64,000 nt of DNA from a virus (Duplodnaviria; Caudoviricetes), in IMG/VR virus record IMGVR_UViG_3300037400_004179, positions 3,427 through 67,426 of that record; one strand, given 5' to 3'. Both the position numbers and the translations under genes were made by a program. The notes below the pieces were generated by a model. That model worked only from the letters and a program-made list of their open reading frames with translations. It had not been told where the DNA came from and searched no databases. This document shows, one piece after another, positions 18,629-29,308 of this stretch (positions are counted from its first letter, which is position 1; every line of letters starts with the position of its first letter).

Positions 18629-19699
18629 ATGAAGATAATCGACACACCGTCAAAGCCGAAAGGCGTCGTGGGCGTGATCTACGGCCCCGAAGGAATCGGC
18701 AAGACCACCCTCGCCGCCGCGCTCGACAAGCCGCTCTTCTTCGATGCGGAAAAAGGCGCGCACGGCATGAACGTCGCACGTCTCGACGAGGAGCTTGCGT
18801 TCGGCAACATGATGAAGGTCATGCAGGAGCTTATAGCCGACTCGAACGGCTACAGGACTTTCGTGATCGACACCGCAGATGCGGTTGAGACGAAGTTCCT
18901 CGCCGATTTCTGCCGCGACATGAAATGGAACTCCATCGAGGACCCCGGCTACGGCAAGGGGTACGCGATGTTCGGGGAGCTCTACTGCAAGTTCCTCGAA
19001 AAGTGCCGCGCGGTCGCGGAATCGGGCATGAACGTCATTATCGTCGCACACGCCGACGTCAAGAAGTTCGAGATGCCCGACGAGCGCGGCTCCTACGACC
19101 GCTGGCAGCTCAAGCTGTCGAAGCAGGACGCCGCCAAGACGAAGGAGTGCGCAGACTTCATCGTCTTTCTCAACTACAAGACGAACATTGTCGCCGCCGA
19201 CAAGAAGGCCGGAGAAACGAAGTCCCATGCAACCGGCGGACGCCGTTGGTGCTACACTTCGCACACTCCCGCGTTCGACGCGAAGTGCCGCGTCTTCCTC
19301 GACCTGCCGGAGGAATGCTCGCTCGACGACATGATGAAGAAGCTCCCCGCTGCCATTCGCAACGCCGTCGCGCCGTCGTCCGCGAAATCCGCCGCGCCCA
19401 AGAGCTCCGTCTCCAAGCCCGACGCAGAGGACGCCGCGAAAGCCGCCCTTGCAGCGAAGCGCGCGAAAGCCGCCGCAACGACGGAACCCGAGCAGTCGGA
19501 GGACAAGACCGTTCGCCCGCTCGTGAAGAAGCTCCACGAGACCGCCAAGGCGTACAACGCCCCGGAGGACAAGCTCTTCGCGAAGTACAACGTCAAGCAC
19601 ACCGAGCGCTACGAGGCCGTCACGAGCATCGACGACTGGACGGATGCGTTCATCGAATGGATTCTGGCTGGTTTTGCCAAGGGCAAGATCAACCTCTAA
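18629..19699 (+). CDS. AAA_24 (Sak4-like) phage NTP-binding recombination protein
   Basis: IYGPEGIGKTT, FVIDTAD, YGKGY, IVAHA, AFDAK. Confidence 0.85.
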   Translation: MKIIDTPSKPKGVVGVIYGPEGIGKTTLAAALDKPLFFDAEKGAHGMNVARLDEELAFGNMMKVMQELIADSNGYRTFVIDTADAVETKFLADFCRDMKWNSIEDPGYGKGYAMFGELYCKFLEKCRAVAESGMNVIIVAHADVKKFEMPDERGSYDRWQLKLSKQDAAKTKECADFIVFLNYKTNIVAADKKAGETKSHATGGRRWCYTSHTPAFDAKCRVFLDLPEECSLDDMMKKLPAAIRNAVAPSSAKSAAPKSSVSKPDAEDAAKAALAAKRAKAAATTEPEQSEDKTVRPLVKKLHETAKAYNAPEDKLFAKYNVKHTERYEAVTSIDDWTDAFIEWILAGFAKGKINL

Positions 19700-19726
19700 A
19701 CACAACAACACAAGGAGAAACACAAA

Positions 19727-20182
19727 ATGGACTGGGATTCAAACCTTACAGAAGAGGAAGCCGTCGCTTCCAAGGACAGTTTCGAGCTCCTTCCCGACGG
19801 AGAGTACGACTTCGAGGTGAAGAAGCTGGAGAAGGACAGCTACACGGCCACGCCGACCTCTAAGATTCCGTCGTGCCCGGTGGCGATTGTCCACATTCAG
19901 GCTACCGCGCCGGACGGTAAGACAAACTACTTCCGCGAACGGCTCTACCTCTACGACGACAACAAGTGGCGTCTCTTGCAGTTCTTCACTTGCCTCGGCT
20001 TGCGCAAGCATGGCGACGGGAAGACGAACATGCCGTGGAGCAAGGTCGAAGGCAGCACCGGCCGCGCGCAGCTCGGACACCACAAGTCCAAGAAGGACGG
20101 AAACGACTACCAGACCGTTGCTAAGTGGCTCGATCCGGAACCGGAACAGCCGGCGTCGGACAATGCCGAGGATGACTGGTAA
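19727..20182 (+). CDS. DUF669-like single-stranded DNA-binding protein
   Basis: FELLPDGEYDFEV, FF..LGL, acidic C-terminal tail ending EDDW; follows AAA_24 gene. Confidence 0.7.
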   Translation: MDWDSNLTEEEAVASKDSFELLPDGEYDFEVKKLEKDSYTATPTSKIPSCPVAIVHIQATAPDGKTNYFRERLYLYDDNKWRLLQFFTCLGLRKHGDGKTNMPWSKVEGSTGRAQLGHHKSKKDGNDYQTVAKWLDPEPEQPASDNAEDDW

Positions 20183-21786
20183 TGGAACTGCGCCCATACC
20201 AGAAAGAGGCGGTGAAGGCCGTTGAAAGTGCGTTCAAGGACGTGCAATCAACCCTCATCGTCCTTGCGACGGGATGCGGAAAGACGATCGTCTTCTCGCG
20301 TCTCGCCGCGGATGAGGCTCGCCGTGGCGGGCGTGTCCTCATCCTCGCCCATCGCGGCGAGCTGATCCAGCAGGCGGTTGACAAGCTCCGCAAGGCGACG
20401 GGCATCGTCGCCGGAGTCGAAATGGCCGAGCAGAGGTCCGACGCGGACTACGACGAGCCGCCATACACGGTCGTCGTCGGCTCCGTTCAGTCGATGTGCC
20501 GCGAGAAGCGTCTAAGGCGCTTTTCGCCAGACGAGTTCTCCCTCATCGTGATCGACGAATGCCACCATGCGCTTACTGGCACCTACCGCGCCGTGATCGA
20601 GCATTTCCCGAACGCGCACCTTCTCGGCGTCACCGCGACGCCCGACCGCGGCGACCTCCGCTCCCTCGGCGAGGTGTTCCAGACGATTTCCTTCCAGTAT
20701 TCCATAGTGGACGCGATTCGCGACGGCTACCTTTGCCCCATCCGCGCCCAGACAATTCCCCTTCGCATAGACATCTCCTCGGTCGCGAAACAGGGCGGCG
20801 ACTATCAGGTGTCCGGACTCGGAACGGCCCTCGACCCCTATCTCCGACAGATATGCCATGAAATCAAGATTCGCTGCGCCGAGCGCAAGACTATCGTTTT
20901 TACCCCCCTTATCGCTACTTCGAAGAAAATGCTTGATCTATTTGAGCAAGAGGGCCTGTCCGAGGTACGGGAGGTTAACGGTGAGTCAGATGATCGGAGA
21001 GATACCCTGGACTGGTTTTCACGAGCGGGTCGAGGATGTGTACTACTCAATAGTATGCTTCTCACGGAAGGATACGACGAGCCGACTGTTGACTGCATTG
21101 TTGTTCTTCGGGCGACGAAGGTTCGTGCGCTGTTTGTCCAGATGGTGGGACGAGGCACGCGGCTCGCTGACGGGAAGAGGAATCTCCTCCTGCTCGACTT
21201 CCTGTGGCTCACGGCCACGCACGACCTTTGCCGTCCGGCGTGTCTGCTCTCGGACGATCCAGAGGTCTGCGACGTAATAACCAAGCGACAGGAAAGCCCC
21301 GAGGGGCAGTCTGCGCTCGACCTCGACCCGGAGGCGCTGGAGTCCGCCGTGTCCGAGACCGTCATGAAGCGCGAACAGGCGCTTGCCGAACGACTGGAGA
21401 AGATGCGCCGCCGCAAGGGAGGCCTCGTTGACCCCTTGCAGTACGCCTATTCGATCCAGGACGTGAACCTCACAAACTACCAGCCCCTGACTGCGCACGA
21501 CGCGATGAAGCCGACGATGCAGCAGCTCGACCGCCTCGAAAAGCTCGGCTTCGGCGCTCCGAACACGCAGGGGGAGGCCGAGTTGATCCTGAAACAGCAC
21601 GACGCGCGCAAGGCCGCGGGGCTCTCCACGCCGAAGCAGATACGCTTCCTCGAGTCCAAGGGCTTCCGCAACGTCGCGAAATGGACGAGCGAACAGGCGC
21701 GGAAGATGACCCAGCGCATCATCGTCTGCAACTGGCGCATACCCGCGGGCGTGAATCCAGAAACCTACACGCCTTCCGCAACTTAA
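20182..21786 (+). CDS. DEAD/DEAH superfamily 2 helicase
   Basis: LATGCGKT, IDECHH, GVTATP, TEGYD, QMVGRGTR. Confidence 0.92.
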   Translation: MELRPYQKEAVKAVESAFKDVQSTLIVLATGCGKTIVFSRLAADEARRGGRVLILAHRGELIQQAVDKLRKATGIVAGVEMAEQRSDADYDEPPYTVVVGSVQSMCREKRLRRFSPDEFSLIVIDECHHALTGTYRAVIEHFPNAHLLGVTATPDRGDLRSLGEVFQTISFQYSIVDAIRDGYLCPIRAQTIPLRIDISSVAKQGGDYQVSGLGTALDPYLRQICHEIKIRCAERKTIVFTPLIATSKKMLDLFEQEGLSEVREVNGESDDRRDTLDWFSRAGRGCVLLNSMLLTEGYDEPTVDCIVVLRATKVRALFVQMVGRGTRLADGKRNLLLLDFLWLTATHDLCRPACLLSDDPEVCDVITKRQESPEGQSALDLDPEALESAVSETVMKREQALAERLEKMRRRKGGLVDPLQYAYSIQDVNLTNYQPLTAHDAMKPTMQQLDRLEKLGFGAPNTQGEAELILKQHDARKAAGLSTPKQIRFLESKGFRNVAKWTSEQARKMTQRIIVCNWRIPAGVNPETYTPSAT

Positions 21787-21802
21787 GGTCTCTGCCCCTA
21801 TT

Positions 21803-24088
21803 ATGGAAGAATATTCAGACTACAGCATGGTCGAAGGAAAGCTTCGCGACGGCATGTACCCCGGCAACCGCCACAAGTGCCGCCGGGACGTCGGACGCAT
21901 CGCGGGCGGGCTTCTTGCAGCAGGGCGTCTGTCCTCTTCCGAAGTGGACGCGCTCCGTGCGCTCGCAGTCTCGCTGTCCTCCGACTCGAAGAAGCTCGGC
22001 GAGCGCGAATGGAACGAAGGCGTCTCCTTCGGCTCCAAGCAGCCGCTTCCCACCGACTACTCGCCGCGCCCGTCCGGCGACAGTTCCAAGCCCCTTTCGT
22101 GGGATTCCGAGTTGAAGGAACCCGACTACAAGATCGTCCGCGAGGAATGGCTGGAGAGCGTCGCCGTCCCGGAGCCCTCAAAGGAAGACTGGAATCCGTG
22201 CCGCGAGCTTTCGACCTACCTGAACCTCCTCTTCGAGCCGGACGACATCATCGGCTACTGCACCCATCCGTTCGAGAAGGAGGGGCGATTCATCCCGTCG
22301 AACGGCGTGTACGACCGCACCGTCAAGGACATTCTCGGCAAGCTCAAGAGGGGGAAGTTCGACGAGGCCGTTGGCACGCCGGACGAGCGCGTTGGCGGAT
22401 GGATCCGCATAAACCCGCTCGACGGCAAGGGAACGAAGGACGTCAACGTCTCCGACTACCGCTACGCACTCGTGGAATCCGACGAGCTGGAGATCGAGAA
22501 GCAGGTGGCCATCTACCATCAGCTTGAACTCCCCTGCAAGTGCATCGTCCACTCCGGCGGGAAGTCCGCCCACGCCATCGTCAAGATAAACGCCGACTCA
22601 CTCGACCAGTACCACCAGCGCGTCGATTTCCTCTTCGAGGTGCTGCGCCGCAACAACCTCCCCGTTGACAGGCAGAACCGCAATCCATCGCGATACTCGC
22701 GCATGCCAGGACTCGTCCGCGGCGAACACAAGCAGTTCATCATAGAGCGCGAATGCGGCAAATCGTCGTGGGAGGAATGGGAGGACTGGATAAAAGACCT
22801 CAACGACGACCTTCCCGACTTCGACGTCGTTTCCGACCTCGACCACATCGAGCCCTACGATCCGGAAATGATCGAGGGCGTTCTGCGCGTCGGACACAAG
22901 ATGTGCGTTGTCGGTCCGTCGAAGGCCGGCAAGTCGTTCCTCATGATCGAGCTTGCGCTCGCCGTGTCCGAGGGCAAGAAATGGCTCGGACGCAACTGCG
23001 CACAAGGACGCGTCCTCTACCTCAACCTCGAAGTCGCGAAAAACTCGTTCAACCAGCGTCTGCGGTCTGTCAACATGTCGCTCGGCAACTCCAACCGGCT
23101 TTCCGGGAACCTCGTCGTGTGGAACCTTCGCGGACGTGTCGTGCCGCTCGACCGTCTCGTGCCGAAGATCGAACGCAGAATCCAGAAGTTCGGCTCCCCA
23201 TTCGACCTCATCATAGTTGACCCGATCTACAAGGTGCTGACTGGCGACGAGAACAACGCCTCGGACATGGCGAAGTTCTGTTCCTATCTCGACAAGCTCG
23301 CCTTCGACTGCAAGTCAACCATCGTCTTCTGCCACCACCACTCAAAGGGCGGACAGGGCGAGAAGCGGTCAATGGACCGCGCTTCCGGCTCCGGCGTCTT
23401 CGCGCGCGACCCCGACGCCCTTATCGACCTGCTTCCGCTTGAGTCCGAAACCGCCCGCAAAGTCTATTCCAACAACGTCGAATGCGACGCAATCGCCGCG
23501 AAGATGTCCGAAGTCTCGTATGACGACGACTGGAAAGACCAGATCGGCGAGGACGACCAGCTTGTCGCGGAGAAGTTCATCAACGCGCTCGGCCGCGTCT
23601 ACGCCGACGACGAGGAGACCATGAGCGCCGTCCGTGCCGCGCGCGCCGCCGCAAGGCAGGAGATGGAGGCCGTCACCGGATGGCGCGTGTCGTTCACCCT
23701 CCGCGAATTCCCCGCGCCGAAACAGCAGAACATCTGGTTCCGGTTCCCCCGCCATGTCATGGACGACGAGAACCTTCTCGCCGACTGCTCCCCCGAGGGA
23801 GAGTCCGCGCCAAGCCGCCGGACGTCCGGGAAGCGGTCTGCCGAGTCCGCCAAGGAGAAGATGTCCAAGCCCGAGACGCTGAAGCAGGCCATACTCTTCG
23901 ACCCGACCGTGAAATGGACGATCGAAAAGGCGTCCGAGTTTCTGCACGTCAAGCAGCGCAGTGTCTACGACTACTGCAAACGCCTCAATTTCAGAGTCGA
24001 CCGCGGCGTGATCGTCCCGCCGTCCGGCAAACCGAAAGCCAATCCACCAAAATCTCCGGAGGAACTTCCCGATGAACCGCCGTTCTGA
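21803..24088 (+). CDS. primase-polymerase / RepA-type (AAA_25) helicase fusion
   Basis: ALVESD and HSGGKSAHA (AEP-like), NPSRYSRMPG; GPSKAGKS, IIVDPIYK, HHHSKG, RASGSGVFARDPD. Confidence 0.88.
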   Translation: MEEYSDYSMVEGKLRDGMYPGNRHKCRRDVGRIAGGLLAAGRLSSSEVDALRALAVSLSSDSKKLGEREWNEGVSFGSKQPLPTDYSPRPSGDSSKPLSWDSELKEPDYKIVREEWLESVAVPEPSKEDWNPCRELSTYLNLLFEPDDIIGYCTHPFEKEGRFIPSNGVYDRTVKDILGKLKRGKFDEAVGTPDERVGGWIRINPLDGKGTKDVNVSDYRYALVESDELEIEKQVAIYHQLELPCKCIVHSGGKSAHAIVKINADSLDQYHQRVDFLFEVLRRNNLPVDRQNRNPSRYSRMPGLVRGEHKQFIIERECGKSSWEEWEDWIKDLNDDLPDFDVVSDLDHIEPYDPEMIEGVLRVGHKMCVVGPSKAGKSFLMIELALAVSEGKKWLGRNCAQGRVLYLNLEVAKNSFNQRLRSVNMSLGNSNRLSGNLVVWNLRGRVVPLDRLVPKIERRIQKFGSPFDLIIVDPIYKVLTGDENNASDMAKFCSYLDKLAFDCKSTIVFCHHHSKGGQGEKRSMDRASGSGVFARDPDALIDLLPLESETARKVYSNNVECDAIAAKMSEVSYDDDWKDQIGEDDQLVAEKFINALGRVYADDEETMSAVRAARAAARQEMEAVTGWRVSFTLREFPAPKQQNIWFRFPRHVMDDENLLADCSPEGESAPSRRTSGKRSAESAKEKMSKPETLKQAILFDPTVKWTIEKASEFLHVKQRSVYDYCKRLNFRVDRGVIVPPSGKPKANPPKSPEELPDEPPF

Positions 24089-24557
24089 TAACACCAATTC
24101 ACCCGCAGGGTTCGGGGCGGAGCCCCGTCCTTTGCGATTCTTCCTCAACTTCGAGCCAGACATCCCGACTTTGACCCACCAACAAGGCATCAAGCCGTTC
24201 GTCCGCAAGAACGGAAAGCCCGGCATCCGCAAGACGCCCGAGCTTGAATCCCTCGAACAGCTCTTCGAGGCAAAGCTTGCGCAGTTCGCCCCGCCTGCAC
24301 CCTGGGACTGCCCGATAAAATTCTGCGCGTCGTGGACGTTCCTGCGGCCACAATCCGTCCGCTCGCACTGGAAGACCACCAAGCCCGACACGGACAACTT
24401 GCAGAAACTCCTAAAGGACGCAATGACCAAATGCGGCTTCTGGAAGGACGATGCGCTCGTCTGCGTCGAGATTGTCGAAAAAATATACCACGAAGCCGAC
24501 GAGAAGCACGGCATCGCCATATCAATCTCCAACCTCGAAGAACCCGAAGAACCCTGA
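24072..24557 (+). CDS. rusA: RusA-like Holliday junction resolvase
   Basis: KPDTDNLQKLLKDAMT...WKDDALV motif. Confidence 0.85.
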   Translation: MNRRSDNTNSPAGFGAEPRPLRFFLNFEPDIPTLTHQQGIKPFVRKNGKPGIRKTPELESLEQLFEAKLAQFAPPAPWDCPIKFCASWTFLRPQSVRSHWKTTKPDTDNLQKLLKDAMTKCGFWKDDALVCVEIVEKIYHEADEKHGIAISISNLEEPEEP

Positions 24558-24592
24558 CGGCCGAACAGTGTTCGGCAGAGAGACAACCGCCG

Positions 24593-24811
24593 ATGAGGTA
24601 CAAGACACCATATGAGATTCCGCGCAGGCTCCGCTCATGCCTGAACTGCGTTCATCTCGACCAGCCGGCGGGAAACATCGCAGGCAAGGAGGTGGGCGCA
24701 TGCCGCCAGCGGCTCATGAAGTACGGCTGGGCAAAGGACGATCCGCGCTTCGGGAAGACCTGCTGCGGACAATGGTTCCTGCGACCCCTCGACGACAGCG
24801 ACTACGACTGA
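24593..24811 (+). CDS. small Cys-rich protein
   Basis: CLNCVH...GACR...CCGQW; 72 aa. Confidence 0.45.
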   Translation: MRYKTPYEIPRRLRSCLNCVHLDQPAGNIAGKEVGACRQRLMKYGWAKDDPRFGKTCCGQWFLRPLDDSDYD

Positions 24812-24835
24812 AACACAAACAAACAAGGAGACAAC

Positions 24836-25087
24836 ATGAAAATCAAAATACCGAAGTTCAGCCTGATTGAATGGCTACGCTCGCTCCGTCTGCGCGGAGC
24901 CGACACCGACCACTCGATTGCCGTGCGCGTCTACGACAACGGACGTCTCATATTGAGCAGCGAACGTCTGGCCGTCAGCGACAGCCTTCTTTCGGCCTAT
25001 ACCGCCGCCAACACAATGACGTCTAACGCCCTCTTCGAATGCCGGAGGCAGATCAAGCTCTCCGTCAGAAAAGGCCGTATGTCATGA
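24836..25087 (+). CDS. hypothetical protein
   Basis: AAGGAGACAAC-ATG, same RBS as 17249 and 18629. Confidence 0.6.
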   Translation: MKIKIPKFSLIEWLRSLRLRGADTDHSIAVRVYDNGRLILSSERLAVSDSLLSAYTAANTMTSNALFECRRQIKLSVRKGRMS

Positions 25088-25554
25088 CGAAGATAGTCTT
25101 CACCTATGCCGCGACTCCGCTCGGCGACGGACGGCACAGGGTAAACCTCTTCCTGAAGCAGGAGGAACCCGAGTTCAACGGCTTCATCCGTTCTGAACTC
25201 AAGGCGCAGTCCGACGCCGCCATGATCGTGCGCGATCTCGTCCGCGTCAACGCCGACGATACGGGCGACAGGCTTCTCTCGGACGGCGAGCCTCCGGCCG
25301 ATGCGCTGAAGATATGCTTCTTCGAGCTGCTCGTCGACTGGGACCGCAAGAACAAACTCCCGCGCTACAGGTCCGGCGAGTATCGGCGGCTCGAATGGGA
25401 GCCGAAGTGGACGTCCATCGCGGCGCTCATGATGGAGCAGCGCGCCTACATGATGGGCGTGCTCAAGAAGCGCGTCCGCCACGATCTCGCGGCGAAAGCC
25501 GCAGCAAAAGCTCAGAAGCGCGAGGCGTTTCTGAAGTCGTTGAACAACAAGTAA
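25084..25554 (+). CDS. hypothetical protein
   Basis: ATGA overlap; GC3 bias. Confidence 0.55.
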   Translation: MTKIVFTYAATPLGDGRHRVNLFLKQEEPEFNGFIRSELKAQSDAAMIVRDLVRVNADDTGDRLLSDGEPPADALKICFFELLVDWDRKNKLPRYRSGEYRRLEWEPKWTSIAALMMEQRAYMMGVLKKRVRHDLAAKAAAKAQKREAFLKSLNNK

Positions 25555-25567
25555 AGGAACAAAAACC

Positions 25568-27022
25568 ATGAAAACCAGGAAACCCACCGTCAAGAAGGCG
25601 GCGTCAAAATCCGCCAAGCCCTCAAAACCAGCAACCCCCGCCAGGCACGAAATCCCGCGCGAGCCGGTCATGCTCCCGACTTCGCAGCTCCATGTGGCTC
25701 CGTGGAATCCGCGCGGCAAAATCACGCCGGAGAGCGTGTCCGACCTCGTTCCGTCCATCAAGGCGAAGGGTCTTATCCAACGCATCGCCGTTGTGATCGA
25801 CCCGCTGTCCGAAGCGAATGACATACACTACATCGTCATCGCCGGAAACCGCCGCCTCGTCGCCTGCCAGGTCTGCGGCATGAAGGAAGTGCCGTGCGAG
25901 AAGTTCCACTGCACCGAAGCCGAGGCACGTCAGCTGACGCTGATCGAAAACCTGAAGCGCAAGGATGCCGAGCCGATCTATGTCGCAAAGGTGATTCAGA
26001 CTCTCCGCGACGAAGACAAGCTCACGACCGAGGAGATCGCCGCCGAGATCGGCATGCCCGAGTCTTGGGTCGTCCGCCGCGCAAAACTCATCGACCTCGC
26101 TCCGGAGTGGAAGCAGGCCGTCGAGGAGGGAACTATCAGCGTCACAACCGACCTACTCGAAAAGGCGTCCCGCTACACATTAGACATCCAGCAGGATGCC
26201 TACCACGAGATCGTCCGCTCCTACGAGACGTCCGTCCGCCTGTCGTGGCGCGATGTTTCGCGCGAGTTCGACAGCCGCGTCCGCAACCTGGAAAAAGCGC
26301 CGTTTGACCGCAAGAAGTGCGCCATCTGCCCGCACAACTCCGCCTGCTCCCCCTCGCTGTGGGATTTCGGCGAGGCGCCGACAGACGGCTCGTTCGGCAT
26401 CTGCCTTGACCCGCGCTGTTTCGGCCTCAAGAAATCGGAGGCCGAGAACGCCGAGCTTGAGAAGATCAAGTCCAAGGGCATTACCGTCGTGAAGGTCAAG
26501 GACTACTTTGCCGTCCCGAGGGACGCCATCTCGTCGCCCGACGACATGCACAAGTTCGCGTGCGCCTACCACGACTACAACGGCAATCTCGCCGTCCGCT
26601 ACGCAACGAAAGACCCGACTGCGAACGAGGACGAGAAAAAGTCCGTCAACACGACCGACAAGGAACGCGCCAAGTCGCTCAAGGAGGCCGTGAAGAAGGT
26701 CAAGGAGTGGGAAAAGAAAAACCTGGAATCGTGGATCAAGAAGCGCACGGACTTCCCAGACGACCTTAGCTTCGCCGCGAACATCTTTGCGCTTGCGCTC
26801 ATCTACCGCGTCAACAACGGCTCGTTCCGCTACACGCTGAACGACCTTGCGCGTGACATCTGGCACGAAGCAAAGATCGTCCGCTTGCACGTTGTCTCGG
26901 AGCTGTCTTCGGCCATTCAGGACCTCGAAGACGCGTCGGCTTCGATAACGCTCTCCACGTTCGAGGCGGCGAACGACGCCGTTTCCCTCGAGGAGCGCGC
27001 ACTTGTCCTTCGCGGCAAATGA
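25568..27022 (+). CDS. ParB/RepB/Spo0J-family protein
   Basis: PWNPR, SIKAKGLIQRIAV, VIAGNRRLVA, ENLKRKD, followed by HTH. Confidence 0.85.
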   Translation: MKTRKPTVKKAASKSAKPSKPATPARHEIPREPVMLPTSQLHVAPWNPRGKITPESVSDLVPSIKAKGLIQRIAVVIDPLSEANDIHYIVIAGNRRLVACQVCGMKEVPCEKFHCTEAEARQLTLIENLKRKDAEPIYVAKVIQTLRDEDKLTTEEIAAEIGMPESWVVRRAKLIDLAPEWKQAVEEGTISVTTDLLEKASRYTLDIQQDAYHEIVRSYETSVRLSWRDVSREFDSRVRNLEKAPFDRKKCAICPHNSACSPSLWDFGEAPTDGSFGICLDPRCFGLKKSEAENAELEKIKSKGITVVKVKDYFAVPRDAISSPDDMHKFACAYHDYNGNLAVRYATKDPTANEDEKKSVNTTDKERAKSLKEAVKKVKEWEKKNLESWIKKRTDFPDDLSFAANIFALALIYRVNNGSFRYTLNDLARDIWHEAKIVRLHVVSELSSAIQDLEDASASITLSTFEAANDAVSLEERALVLRGK

Positions 27023-27222
27023 GGTGCGCCATGCCGACCAAGGTAATCGAACTACCGTGCAAGGCCCGCGAGCTCGCAGAGACAATCCGTTGTTTCTGCG
27101 AGCACAACGGCTCCTTCGACACCGCCGTCGTCACGCTTGAGTCCTTAAAGAGCGTAGATAGTTTCGTGCCAATCTTCAGACTGGCAATCACAATCCCGGA
27201 AACGACAAGGGAATAATTAAAA

Positions 27223-27783
27223 ATGAACACCACCACAATTAACGAATACCTTAACCACGTCCCCACTTCGAAGGACAAGCTTGCGTCAATCGGCTACTTT
27301 GCCGCTCCCGCTTCAAAGAGCCACCATCTGTCCGTAGCCGGAGGTCTGGCCGAGCATTGTGCCAATGTCACAACATGGCTGCTACAGCTTACCGAATCAA
27401 TGGAAATCAAGTGGCCGCGTCCTGAATCGCCGTACATAATCGGCATGTTGCACGATCTTGTAAAGTGCAAATGCTATGAACTAACCCCTGACCCTCGCAC
27501 GTTGGATGGCACTCATTATGCCTATAGTCATTCCGAGTACCCCGGACACGGCACGGCGTCTGTTATGATTGCCGTCGCTGAACTCGGTGTTGTACTCCTG
27601 CCCGTAGAGGCTGTCGCAATTGCTCATCACATGGGGGCATTCAATCTGACGGGCGACGCATTGAAAGACTTCGATGCCGCACTTGGCAAATATCCGCGCG
27701 AAATAATTGCGACACACACGGCGGACATGCTTGCTTCCCGCGTCGACGAAGCCAAGCAGGACTTGAAAGAAGGTGCAAAATGA
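27223..27783 (+). CDS. HD-domain phosphohydrolase
   Basis: HHL...GGLAEH...MLHDLVK...GHG...HHMG...AD. Confidence 0.85.
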   Translation: MNTTTINEYLNHVPTSKDKLASIGYFAAPASKSHHLSVAGGLAEHCANVTTWLLQLTESMEIKWPRPESPYIIGMLHDLVKCKCYELTPDPRTLDGTHYAYSHSEYPGHGTASVMIAVAELGVVLLPVEAVAIAHHMGAFNLTGDALKDFDAALGKYPREIIATHTADMLASRVDEAKQDLKEGAK

Positions 27784-28538
27784 GCAAACTCATCCAATGG
27801 CCCCGCGCGCAGTATTGGAACAAGCCGTGGAATCCGATTCTTGGATGTAAGCTGTGCTCGCCCGCGTGTGACAACTGTTATGCACGAGAGGCGTTTTCAA
27901 CCCGCTGGAAACAGAGTTTCGATCCACACGAAACGACACGCATAAACCCACCGCAAAAAGGCGTTGTGTTTTGCGGCAATGCGACTGACTTGTTTGGCGA
28001 ATGGGTGGACATTCCACAGATATGGTCGTATTTCGCAAAGCTCTTCCACTTCAAGAAGGATGGTTCGCCCGCGCTGAACGACGCAACTTACCTGTTTTGC
28101 ACCAAGCGCGTTGACAAGATGTGCGATGCCCTGCGCAACTACACGCTTATGGACAACGCCTATTTTGGTTTTACGGCCGAGAACCAGGAATGGTACAACA
28201 GGCGATTTAATACGTGGCGAGCGGAAGCCAAGCCTGGCGTGAATGGCTGGCTGTCGGCTGAACCATTGCTCGGGCCTATCGACCTTGGTTTGCACTACAT
28301 CGCGCCGGAAGATATGCCTTTCAAATGGGTTGCAACAGGTTGCGAGAGTGGTCCACGCCGCAGACCGTGCAAGCTGGAATGGATTGAGAGTATTGTTGAA
28401 CAATGCCTCACCGCAGGCGTTTCCGTGTTCGTCAAACAGCTTGACTTGAACGGCAAATGCGAACGCGACATTACAAAATTTCCCAAGCACCTCCAGATTC
28501 GTCAGGTGCCGTGGGCAAAGAAAGGATGCGCGAAATGA
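27780..28538 (+). CDS. DUF5131 (Gp37Gp68) radical-SAM-like protein
   Basis: WNP..GC..CSPACDNCYA, TKR, SAEPLLG, W...GCESG, VFVKQ. Confidence 0.85.
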   Translation: MSKLIQWPRAQYWNKPWNPILGCKLCSPACDNCYAREAFSTRWKQSFDPHETTRINPPQKGVVFCGNATDLFGEWVDIPQIWSYFAKLFHFKKDGSPALNDATYLFCTKRVDKMCDALRNYTLMDNAYFGFTAENQEWYNRRFNTWRAEAKPGVNGWLSAEPLLGPIDLGLHYIAPEDMPFKWVATGCESGPRRRPCKLEWIESIVEQCLTAGVSVFVKQLDLNGKCERDITKFPKHLQIRQVPWAKKGCAK

Positions 28539-28951
28539 GTAATAGGGTGGGTAGCGTAGAAGATGCCGTAAGAGCATTAGATGATATTTCTGCAATCCGG
28601 AAATTCTTCACGAAAGAGTATACGGAAAAAACTCGCGAACCGAGTTGCGACAAGTACAATCGTGGCTTCAATAAAGATTCGCGCTTCACCGGAACGGGGA
28701 AACATGAAATATCATTTGACTCATGGTACGGATACTATGGGCGTAGCAGTTGCTCGACATTCCTTTGTGTGGCAAATCAGCAATACTTCTGGAAATGCTT
28801 TGATAAGTGGCTAAATGATAATATGGAGCCTATAATGACAGGAGTTGCGGCGGAAATGGAGGCAGGGCTATCTGACTTCATTAAGACCGTAGAAAACGAA
28901 CGTGTCCGTTTAGACGGAATATTGATAAGATTGAAAGGAGGCGCAAAGTGA
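28535..28951 (+). CDS. hypothetical protein (low GC)
   Basis: ATGA overlap; AT-rich codons unlike neighbours. Confidence 0.55.
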   Translation: MSNRVGSVEDAVRALDDISAIRKFFTKEYTEKTREPSCDKYNRGFNKDSRFTGTGKHEISFDSWYGYYGRSSCSTFLCVANQQYFWKCFDKWLNDNMEPIMTGVAAEMEAGLSDFIKTVENERVRLDGILIRLKGGAK

Positions 28952-29142
28952 GCGAAAATGTAATCGTGACGGGCGAGTTCGTAAGGAACGCCAAGCATCT
29001 GTACCGCACGGCGCTCCGCTACGCAAAGACGATGAAGAAGGGAGACTGGCCGGAAGCCGTGAGGCACTACCGGCTGCTCCGCAAGGCGTTGACGTGCTTC
29101 AACTACGGCGTTGACCCACTGGCGGAAGGAGGCGCGTCGTGA
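28948..29142 (+). CDS. hypothetical protein
   Basis: GGAGG RBS; GTGA overlap. Confidence 0.5.
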   Translation: MSENVIVTGEFVRNAKHLYRTALRYAKTMKKGDWPEAVRHYRLLRKALTCFNYGVDPLAEGGAS

Positions 29143-29308
29143 CCCCTTCCGACTGTCTTGCAATCGTCGGCGTGTCGATACTTTTCGTCGCCATTATTGT
29201 GGCTGTCTGCGTCACCGTCGTTGCGGTAGTCAACGAGTGTCGCAAGCCTTGCAAAGAACCCTTTTCCGGCAATCCCGCCGGGAATAACAACACAAAGGAA
29301 ACAACAAA